A stretch of 32,000 nt of DNA from an uncultured Actinomycetes bacterium (GCA_963843975.1 CAWJMG010000003.1:1800001-1832000); one strand, 5' to 3'; numbered from the stretch's first letter, positions 1 through 5,931 are shown. Notes: generated from the letters alone by a model not told the origin. Numbers and translations are program-made.

Positions 1-78
1 GCGGCGCTGCAGCGGACGTTCGGCGTCCTGCTGCTCGTGGTCGCGGCGTACCAGACTGCCCAGCTCGTCCTGGCCTGA
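1..78 (+). CDS. 3' end of a membrane protein (partial; possibly TauE/SafE-type TSUP permease)
   Basis: Frame 1 is open from the window edge to TGA at 76-78 and reads AALQRTFGVLLLVVAAYQTAQLVLA. The tail is hydrophobic with GC-rich third positions. The family call rests only on the C-terminal look and the sulfur-gene context. Confidence 0.4.
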   Translation, partial: AALQRTFGVLLLVVAAYQTAQLVLA

Positions 79-109
79 GCGGCTCCGGCTCCTCCCCGCC
101 CGTCTCCGT

Positions 110-125
110 ATACCCCTAGGGGTAT
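110..125. promoter_or_regulatory. CsoR/CstR-type operator OP1 (ATACCCCTAGGGGTAT), fused to a -10-like TATGTT
   Basis: Perfect 16-bp palindrome. Its right half runs into TATGTT (123-128), which ends 6 nt before the ATG at 135, implying a leaderless or near-leaderless mRNA. The same ATACCCC-NN-GGGGTAT motif recurs at 1289 and 3962. Confidence 0.7.
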
Positions 126-134
126 GTTGGCAGC

Positions 135-1226
135 ATGGCATCCACCACCGGTTCCACGTCGTCGACCCACCGCGTGCGCACGTGGCACCCCGGATGGATG
201 GGAGTCGTGCTCGGCACCGGGGGCGCTGCGGTGGCGTCCCTCGTCGATCCCCTCCCCGGCACCCGAATCGACGAGGTGATCGGCGCGGCTCTCGCAGCGC
301 TCGCGACCGTCGGCCTCCTCCTGCTCGTCCCGTACGCCGTCCGCCTGCGTCGGCACCGTGACGCCGCGTCGGCGGACCTCGGCAATCCCGGCCTGGGCGC
401 GATGTACGGGACGGTGCCGGCGGCACTGCTGATCGTGGGTATCGCCCTGGCACTACTCGGGATCCTGGGGTGGCTGCCGGCGGGAGTCGCGTGGGTGTCC
501 GCGGCGCTGGTGGCCTCGGGCGTCGTGCTCGCGCTCGTCGTCGGCGTCGGGTTCTTCTCCCGCGTCGTAGCGCACGAGCAGCTCCCGGTTCCCGCGATCT
601 CCGGCGCCTGGTTCATCCCGATCGTGGTGCTCGTCCTCGTGCCGAGCGGCGTCGCCCGGTCCATCGCCCTGCAGCCGACCTGGTCGTCCACGACTGCGCT
701 CGCGCTCGCCACCGCCGCCTGGGGCGCCGGCCTGGTCCTGTTCCTCCTGCTGGCACCCGTGATCGCGTGGCGCCTCATCACCGCACCCATACCCCCGCCG
801 CACATGGCTGCGTCGTGGTGGATCTGGCTGGCCCCCGCGGGAGCGGGGGGCCTCGGCCTCATCGCGCTCTCACGGCTCGCCGCCACTGTCCTCGGCCAGC
901 CCGTGGCCGGTGTCGCGCCCACCTTCGGCCTCCTCGGCGCGAGCATGCTCTGGGGATTCGCCGTGTGGTGGGCGGTGTTCGCCGGCGCCGTCGTGCGCCG
1001 GACCGCGCGCGCGCAGGGCGGCCTGCCCTTCCACCTGGGCAGCTGGGGCTTCGCGTTCCCCACCGCGGCGGTGGCCGCGCTCACGATCGAGCTCGGACAT
1101 GCTTGGGGGTCGCCGTTCCTGTCCGTCGTCGGCGCCGTCGGGTGGCTGGCGACGCTGCTCGTGTGGGGGCGGCTTGCCGCCCAGACGGTGGCCGGGGTGC
1201 GGTCCGGCGCGATCTTCACCCGCTGA
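135..1226 (+). CDS. TDT-family (TehA/Mae1/Ssu1/SLAC1-like) anion channel/transporter
   Basis: 363-aa polytopic membrane protein with about 10 hydrophobic segments and an ATG start. The N-terminal WHPGWMGVVLGTGG and overall Gly/Ala/Leu-rich helices are typical of tellurite-resistance/dicarboxylate transporter family proteins. GC3 is high. Confidence 0.7.
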   Translation: MASTTGSTSSTHRVRTWHPGWMGVVLGTGGAAVASLVDPLPGTRIDEVIGAALAALATVGLLLLVPYAVRLRRHRDAASADLGNPGLGAMYGTVPAALLIVGIALALLGILGWLPAGVAWVSAALVASGVVLALVVGVGFFSRVVAHEQLPVPAISGAWFIPIVVLVLVPSGVARSIALQPTWSSTTALALATAAWGAGLVLFLLLAPVIAWRLITAPIPPPHMAASWWIWLAPAGAGGLGLIALSRLAATVLGQPVAGVAPTFGLLGASMLWGFAVWWAVFAGAVVRRTARAQGGLPFHLGSWGFAFPTAAVAALTIELGHAWGSPFLSVVGAVGWLATLLVWGRLAAQTVAGVRSGAIFTR

Positions 1227-1288
1227 CGTCGAGCACCTTGTGCAGAGCATCACCGGCGCCGCTGCCTGACTGAGGCTGTCCTAACCGT

Positions 1289-1304
1289 ATACCCCTGGGG
1301 GTAT
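1289..1304. promoter_or_regulatory. CsoR/CstR-type operator OP2 (ATACCCCTGGGGGTAT), fused to a -10-like TATGGT
   Basis: Half-sites ATACCCC and GGGGTAT are separated by TG. The right half overlaps TATGGT (1302-1307). It lies about 50 nt upstream of the sqr start, which has a GAGGAG RBS at 1341-1346. Confidence 0.7.
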
Positions 1305-1354
1305 GGTGATCAGAGTGCGCAGCGCCGCGCACCTTGCGTCGAGGAGCACCAGAC

Positions 1355-2812
1355 ATGGCACGCGTCGTCGTCCTGGGAGCCGGGATCTCCGGCCACACCG
1401 CAGCCCTCCACCTGCGCCGGCTGCTGGGCAAGCAGCACGAGGTCGTGGTGGTCTCCCCCAACTCGAACTGGAACTGGATCCCGTCCAACATCTGGGTCGG
1501 AGTCGGCCGGATGTCGGCGGAGGACGTGACGTTCAAGCTCGCGCCCGTCTACAAGAAGAAGGGCATCACGTACCACCAGGCCAAGGCCGTGGCGCTGTGG
1601 CCCGAGGGCGACGAGACGTCCGACAAGCCCAAGGTCGAGATCGAGTGGACCGCGCCCGGCAAGACCGGGCACGTCGAGCGCATCGAGTACGACTACGTCA
1701 TCAACGCCACCGGGCCCAAGCTCAACTTCGGCGCGACGCCGGGTCTCGGCCCGGATGGCCACACCTACTCCGTCTGCACCTACGGCCACGCCGAAGAGGC
1801 CGCCAAGGCCCTGCAGGCCGTGATCGCCAAGCTCAAGCGCGGCGAGAAGCAGCGCCTGGTGATCGGGGTCGGCCACGGCACCTGCACGTGCGAGGGCGCG
1901 GCGTTCGAGTACACGTTCAACGTGGAGCACGAGCTCCGCGCGGCCGGGGTACGCGACCTCGCCGAGATCGTCTACTTCACCAACGAGTACGAGCTCGGCG
2001 ACTTCGGCGTCGGCGGCCTGACCTTCAAGCAGGAGGGCTTCGTCACCACCAGCCAGCTCTGGACCGAGTCGCTGTTCGTGGAGCGCGACGTCCGCTCCAT
2101 CACACGTGCGCACCCGACCAAGATCGAGGACGGCCGGCTCTACTACGAGACGCTCGACGGCGGAGACGGCGTGCTCGACTTCGACTTCGCGATGCTGCTC
2201 CCGCCGTTCCGCGGCGTCGACCTGCAGGCCTTCGCGCGCGACGGCAGCGACATCAGCTCCGAGATCTTCGCCCCGAGCGGCTTCCTCAAGGTGGACGCCG
2301 ACTACACCCCGAAGAAGTACGACGAGTACCGCGCCGAGGACTGGCCGAGCACCTACCAGAGCCCGAAGTACGCCAACGTCTTCGGCATCGGCATCGCCTT
2401 CGCGCCGCCGCACCCGATCTCGGTCCCGCGCACCAGCCCGAAGGGCACCGTGATCTCCCCCGCGCCGCCGCGCACGGGCATGCCGTCGGGGCTCATGGGC
2501 AAGGCGGTCGCGCAGAGCATCGCCGACATGCTGAGCGGCAAGGCGACCAAGCCGGAGCACACAGCGTCGATGGCGGACATGGGTGCCGCGTGCGTCGCGA
2601 GCGCGGGGGCCGGCTTCACGAAGGGCACCGCGGCCTCGATGACGATGTACCCCGTCGTCCCCGACTACGCCCGCTTCCCCGGCTACGGCCGCAGCCTCGA
2701 CGACACCACCGGCGAGATCGGTCTCGCCGGCCACTGGATGAAGAACCTGCTCCACCACATGTTCATCTACAAGGCGAAGGGCCTGCCCGGCTGGTCCTTC
2801 ATCCCGGAGTGA
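1355..2812 (+). CDS. sqr: sulfide:quinone oxidoreductase-like FAD-dependent oxidoreductase
   Basis: The N-terminus MARVVVLGAGISGHTAA is a Rossmann FAD motif. NWNWIPSNIWVGVG matches the conserved SQR segment. Candidate redox Cys lie in GHGTCTCEGAAFEY and MGAACVASAG. An RBS GAGGAG sits 8 nt upstream of ATG 1355. The track ORF starts earlier, at 1334. Confidence 0.8.
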   Translation: MARVVVLGAGISGHTAALHLRRLLGKQHEVVVVSPNSNWNWIPSNIWVGVGRMSAEDVTFKLAPVYKKKGITYHQAKAVALWPEGDETSDKPKVEIEWTAPGKTGHVERIEYDYVINATGPKLNFGATPGLGPDGHTYSVCTYGHAEEAAKALQAVIAKLKRGEKQRLVIGVGHGTCTCEGAAFEYTFNVEHELRAAGVRDLAEIVYFTNEYELGDFGVGGLTFKQEGFVTTSQLWTESLFVERDVRSITRAHPTKIEDGRLYYETLDGGDGVLDFDFAMLLPPFRGVDLQAFARDGSDISSEIFAPSGFLKVDADYTPKKYDEYRAEDWPSTYQSPKYANVFGIGIAFAPPHPISVPRTSPKGTVISPAPPRTGMPSGLMGKAVAQSIADMLSGKATKPEHTASMADMGAACVASAGAGFTKGTAASMTMYPVVPDYARFPGYGRSLDDTTGEIGLAGHWMKNLLHHMFIYKAKGLPGWSFIPE

Positions 2813-2819
2813 GCTGACG

Positions 2820-2999
2820 ATGACCGAGAACCCGAGCACCGAGCCCGTATCCCCCGTGGAGGTGCCGCTCGCCGTCACGCTGGCGCCGGCCCCCACCGAC
2901 AAGACCCTGCGGCAGCGCACCTCGCTGCCGGTGCAGGGGTTCCGCTTCGCGGCGGTCTCCCTGCGCATGCTGAAGATGATCCGCAAGTCGCACCACTGA
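2820..2999 (+). CDS. 59-aa hypothetical protein downstream of sqr (below ORF-track cutoff)
   Basis: ATG 2820 is preceded by GGAGTGAG. The product is MTENPSTEPVSPVEVPLAVTLAPAPTDKTLRQRTSLPVQGFRFAAVSLRMLKMIRKSHH. Nearly every codon ends in G/C and the stop is TGA 2997-2999. The gene is tightly packed between sqr and the methyltransferase gene. Confidence 0.6.
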   Translation: MTENPSTEPVSPVEVPLAVTLAPAPTDKTLRQRTSLPVQGFRFAAVSLRMLKMIRKSHH

Positions 3000-3009
3000 G
3001 GGAGCAGAC

Positions 3010-3624
3010 GTGCGCGCCGCAGAATGGGACGCCCGCTACGCCGCCGTGGACCGCGTGTGGTCCACCGGTCCGAACGTGTTCGTCGAGGAGAACTGCGCGG
3101 TTCTACCCCCTGCCCGCGCCCTCGACGTCGCCGGCGGTGAAGGGCGCAACGCGCTGTGGCTCGCCGACCGCGGCTGGGAGGCGACCGTCGCAGACTTCTC
3201 GGCGGTCGCCCTCCAGCGCGCGGCGCACCTGTGGGACCACCGCGTCGATCCGGCTGGACGCCTGCACGTACGCCAGGTCGACGTCGTCGCAGAGCCGTTG
3301 GGCGACAAGGAGTTCGACCTCGTCGTGGTGTGCTACCTGCAGATTCCCGCAGAGAAGAGGCGCCAGACCCATCTCTCGGCAGCCGCCGCCGTCGCGGCGG
3401 GCGACACCCTGCTCGTCGTGGCTCATCACACCGACAACCTGACCGAAGGCGTCGGCGGCCCGCAGGACCCTGCGGTCCTCTTCGCGGAGGGCGACGTCGT
3501 CGCCGACCTCGCAGGTTCAGGGCTGGTCGTGGAGACCGCGGTGAAGGCGCCGCGGAGCGTCGAGGTGGACGGCGCCGAGGCCTGGGCGTACGACGCCGTC
3601 GTGCTCGCCCGTCGTCCGCTCTGA
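3010..3624 (+). CDS. class I SAM-dependent methyltransferase, TehB-like
   Basis: GTG start with a GAGGGA RBS. The motif ALDVAGGEGRNALWLADRGWEATVADFS resembles the SAM-binding motif I of TehB-type methyltransferases (G-x-G-R-N-x-L-x-LA). It is a paralogue of the CDS at 13512-14222. Confidence 0.75.
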   Translation: MRAAEWDARYAAVDRVWSTGPNVFVEENCAVLPPARALDVAGGEGRNALWLADRGWEATVADFSAVALQRAAHLWDHRVDPAGRLHVRQVDVVAEPLGDKEFDLVVVCYLQIPAEKRRQTHLSAAAAVAAGDTLLVVAHHTDNLTEGVGGPQDPAVLFAEGDVVADLAGSGLVVETAVKAPRSVEVDGAEAWAYDAVVLARRPL

Positions 3625-3627
3625 CGA

Positions 3628-3927
3628 TCAGGCGAGGGACAGGAAGAGCTTCTGCAGCTGCTCGGCGACGGCGTCGGAGTCCTGGTCGCCGGCGACGACG
3701 CACTCGCGCAGGCTGGTCGAGATCAGCTGGAACGCCGCTCGGTCCACGGCCTTGCTGGACGCCGCGAGCAGTGTGACGACGTCCGAGCAGGAGCGGCCGT
3801 CCTCGAGCATCGCGATGGCACCGCCGAGCTGGCCCTGGGCGCGCTTGAGCCTGTTGACCACGGACTGCACGGCCTTCTGGTCGGCCACGACGTGCTGGGC
3901 GGCCGGGGTCCCCGGTACTGCGGTCAC
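3628..3927 (-). CDS. CsoR/RcnR-family (DUF156) repressor, CstR-like Cys-x-Cys fingerprint
   Basis: 99 aa starting at GTG 3927, preceded by an AGGAGGA RBS. The segment VVNRLKRAQGQLGGAIAMLEDGRSCSDVVTLLAASSKAVDRAAFQLISTSLRECV is a family signature. The position 4 residues before the second Cys is Ser, not the His of Cu-sensing CsoR. Confidence 0.85.
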   Translation of the reverse strand: MTAVPGTPAAQHVVADQKAVQSVVNRLKRAQGQLGGAIAMLEDGRSCSDVVTLLAASSKAVDRAAFQLISTSLRECVVAGDQDSDAVAEQLQKLFLSLA

Positions 3928-3943
3928 GGCGTCCTCCTGGCGA

Positions 3944-3995
3944 TGGGTGGTAGCGACCACTATACCCCCGGGGGTATAGTGGTCGCTACCACCCA
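3944..3995. promoter_or_regulatory. 52-bp perfect palindrome carrying operator OP3 (ATACCCCCGGGGGTAT) and two outward-facing TATAGT -10 elements
   Basis: TGGGTGGTAGCGACCACTATACCCCC (3944-3969) is the exact reverse complement of 3970-3995. TATAGT occurs at 3975-3980 (+) and mirrored at 3964-3959 (-). The palindrome sits between the divergent repressor gene and the 52-aa Cys-rich ORF. Confidence 0.8.
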
Positions 3996-4018
3996 GACGA
4001 TGCGAGGGAGACCACGAG

Positions 4019-4177
4019 ATGTGCCGACAGGTGAGCTGCCGACGTTGCGGCAAGGCGACGTGGGCCGGCTGCGGCCAGCACGTCGACCAGGTGATGCGCG
4101 GCGTGCCGAAGTCCCAGCGCTGCGCCTGCCCGCCCGTGCAGAAGAAGTCCCTCGTCGACCGCATCTTCGGTCGCTGA
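4019..4177 (+). CDS. 52-aa cysteine-rich small protein (six Cys), not in ORF track
   Basis: ATG 4019 follows a GAGGGA RBS-like sequence. The product is MCRQVSCRRCGKATWAGCGQHVDQVMRGVPKSQRCACPPVQKKSLVDRIFGR. GC3 is high, the stop is TGA 4175-4177, and a strong hairpin follows. Confidence 0.65.
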   Translation: MCRQVSCRRCGKATWAGCGQHVDQVMRGVPKSQRCACPPVQKKSLVDRIFGR

Positions 4178-4188
4178 CGTACTCCGCG

Positions 4189-4226
4189 CGACGAAGCCCC
4201 GGTCCACACGGACCGGGGCTTCGTCG
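4189..4226. terminator. bidirectional stem-loop terminator between convergent genes
   Basis: CGACGAAGCCCCGGTCC-ACAC-GGACCGGGGCTTCGTCG forms a perfect 17-bp stem with a 4-nt loop. It lies between the stop at 4177 (+) and the stop at 4240 (-). Confidence 0.7.
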
Positions 4227-4239
4227 TGGGGAGTACTCG

Positions 4240-4575
4240 TCAGGCTGCGGCCGCCACGGCTGACCGCGCGTCACCGGTGATGCGGGTGCGGACGTCGACG
4301 CCCATGTGCGTGAGCACCTTGGTGACGCTGTCGCAGACGTCTCCGGCCACGACGGTGCCGACCCCGTGGTCGCGCATGAAGCGCACGACGCGGGTGTGGT
4401 GGGGGCCGGCGACGTCCACGCCGTACGAGGTGTCCCAGTCCACGACGTGCTCGGCCCAGTCGACGACCTCGCCGTCGACGACCGCGCAGGTGGCGACGGT
4501 GTGGACCCTCCCGAGGGGCAGGTCCTCGACCATGCCGTCGGCGCTGACAGGGACGCAGTACGTGGTGGTGGTCAT
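4240..4575 (-). CDS. NifB/NifX-family (dinitrogenase FeMo-cofactor-binding fold) small protein
   Basis: 111 aa. The pattern CVPVSADGMV...GRVHTVATCAVVDGEVVDW...GPHHTRVVRFMRDHGVGTVVAGDV...LTHMGVDV matches the layout of Nitro_FeMo-Co domain proteins. The assignment is by pattern, not by search. Confidence 0.5.
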   Translation of the reverse strand: MTTTTYCVPVSADGMVEDLPLGRVHTVATCAVVDGEVVDWAEHVVDWDTSYGVDVAGPHHTRVVRFMRDHGVGTVVAGDVCDSVTKVLTHMGVDVRTRITGDARSAVAAAA

Positions 4576-4599
4576 GACCTCTCCAGCCGTTCGACGCTG

Positions 4600-4622
4600 T
4601 TATTGAGATCCTGTCTCAATAA
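4600..4622. promoter_or_regulatory. AT-rich 9-5-9 inverted repeat TTATTGAGA-TCCTG-TCTCAATAA (candidate Fur-family operator/promoter)
   Basis: Perfect arms. It is a conspicuous AT-rich patch in GC-rich DNA, 25-47 nt upstream of the ATG at 4575 and directly downstream of the Fur-family gene. Confidence 0.5.
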
Positions 4623-4671
4623 CTTCACCCTACTCCCGCGAGCGGGTCGACGGCGGTCGACCGGACCTACG

Positions 4672-5082
4672 TCACACCGGGCGGGAGGAGCCGGCGCACC
4701 GCGCGCACAGGCCGAACACCTCGAGCGTGTGGCTGACGTCGGTGAAGCCGTGGCTCGCCGCGGTCGCGTTGGACCAGCGTTCGACCACCTTGCCGACGAT
4801 CTCGATCGTCAGCCCGCAGTCGCGGCAGACCAGGTGATGGTGGTGGTCCGGCGTGCAGCTGCGGTACACCGCCTCGCCGTCCGCCCGGATGATGACGTCG
4901 ACGTCGGGCTTCTGTGCGAGCGCGCGCAGCGTCCGGTAGACCGTCGCCCGCCCGACCCGGTCCCCCGACGCGCTGATCGCGTCGTGGATCTCCTGGGCGG
5001 ACCGGAAGTCGTCGAACGACGCGAGCGCATCGACGACGAGCTGCCGGGGGCGCGTGCGTCGCTGGCCGATGCTCACGTGCAT
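4672..5082 (-). CDS. Fur-family metalloregulator (Fur/Zur/Nur/PerR class unresolved)
   Basis: 136 aa from ATG 5082. It has a winged-helix part (TVYRTLRALA), an HHHH run followed by CRDCG, and a C-terminal CARC. This gives the two CxxC pairs of the structural Zn site. Confidence 0.85.
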   Translation of the reverse strand: MHVSIGQRRTRPRQLVVDALASFDDFRSAQEIHDAISASGDRVGRATVYRTLRALAQKPDVDVIIRADGEAVYRSCTPDHHHHLVCRDCGLTIEIVGKVVERWSNATAASHGFTDVSHTLEVFGLCARCAGSSRPV

Positions 5083-5168
5083 CCGATCGAGGTCACAGCC
5101 CGCGACGGTCGCGGAGCTCCGCCCCATGATCGCGCACCGGACGAGACGGGGTGTGCGCTCGGCGGGCG

Positions 5169-5405
5169 TCAGGCGTGGGCGTGGACCTTCGCGCGCAGGT
5201 CGACCATGAACGCGACGCTCGACTGCGGGGAGTCCGGCGCGATGAGCGACGACGCGAGGTGCGCCGCGCGCATGCCGTCGTGCCAGGCGAGGCAGGCCGT
5301 GACGCCGCACGCGACCTCGTGGCGGCTGGTGCGGCCGCGCAGGAGCCGCATGCTCGGCGAGACCAGCGTGGTGTCGCAGACCGAGCACGTCCATCGAGCG
5401 GGCAT
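5169..5405 (-). CDS. 78-aa Cys-containing small protein upstream of the Fur-family gene (possible treble-clef zinc finger)
   Basis: ATG 5405 has a GGAGG RBS 7 nt upstream, and GC3 is high. The product MPARWTCSVCDTT...ACGVTACLAWHDG has a CxxC plus a distal C-x3-C. The identity is uncertain. Confidence 0.45.
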   Translation of the reverse strand: MPARWTCSVCDTTLVSPSMRLLRGRTSRHEVACGVTACLAWHDGMRAAHLASSLIAPDSPQSSVAFMVDLRAKVHAHA

Positions 5406-5571
5406 CGCGACCTCCGGGGTCCTGGCGGGGCGCCTCCGGGCGCCCTCGTTGGGCCATGCGGGTGACAGCACATCATCCGAACGGCCGATGGGTGCCCGGC
5501 CGACGGCGGTGGAGAGCGAACCCTGAGCGGATCCGTCCACACCCTTGACGTTTGCCCCCTTCGCGGGCAGT

Positions 5572-5595
5572 ATCTACAACCTTATGGTTGTAGAT
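5572..5595. promoter_or_regulatory. perfect 10-4-10 palindrome ATCTACAACC-TTAT-GGTTGTAGAT (candidate ArsR operator)
   Basis: The palindrome is centred on the ATG (5584-5586) of the ArsR-family gene. TTGACG lies at 5545-5550 and a -10-like CAGTAT/TATCTA at 5568-5576. Confidence 0.6.
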
Positions 5596-5931
5596 CAGAG
5601 GGGCGATGCCGAGGTCGACCGGCTGTTCCACGCGCTCGCCGACGCCACGCGTCGCGACATCGTGCGGCGGGTCCTCGTCGGCGAGCACTCGGTGTCGGAA
5701 CTGGCCCGCAGCTACCCCATGAGCGTGACCGCCGTCCAGAAGCACGTCGCCGTCCTCGAGGAGGCGGGGCTCGTGTCCCGACGCAAGCACGGAAGGGAGC
5801 AGCGCGTGACCGGGGAGCCTGACGCGCTCGCGAAAGCACGCGCCCTGCTCGACGCGTACGAAGAGCTCTGGCGCGCACGGTTCGACCGCATGACAGACGT
5901 ACTGGCTGACGACGATGGAGGACGACGATGA
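5584..5931 (+). CDS. ArsR/SmtB-family transcriptional regulator
   Basis: LFHALADATRRDIVRRVL...HSVSELARSYPMSVTAVQKHVAVLEEAGLV is the ArsR winged HTH. ATG 5584 gives the usual N-terminal length. The track ORF begins at TTG 5545. Confidence 0.85.
   Translation: MVVDQRGDAEVDRLFHALADATRRDIVRRVLVGEHSVSELARSYPMSVTAVQKHVAVLEEAGLVSRRKHGREQRVTGEPDALAKARALLDAYEELWRARFDRMTDVLADDDGGRR

Noticed and set aside
116-1219. 367-aa minus-strand ORF antisense to the TDT transporter gene, with other nested ORFs (453-803, 470-1273, 870-1253)
   Set aside because: The composition is Ala/Arg/Pro/Thr-rich without motifs. The plus-strand frame encodes a coherent polytopic membrane protein with proper GC3 bias.
1310-3703. 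797-aa minus-strand ORF spanning sqr, the micro-ORF and the methyltransferase gene
   Set aside because: It is an Arg/Pro/Gly-rich low-complexity translation with no recognisable domain. It is exactly antisense to well-supported plus-strand genes, making it a typical high-GC shadow ORF.
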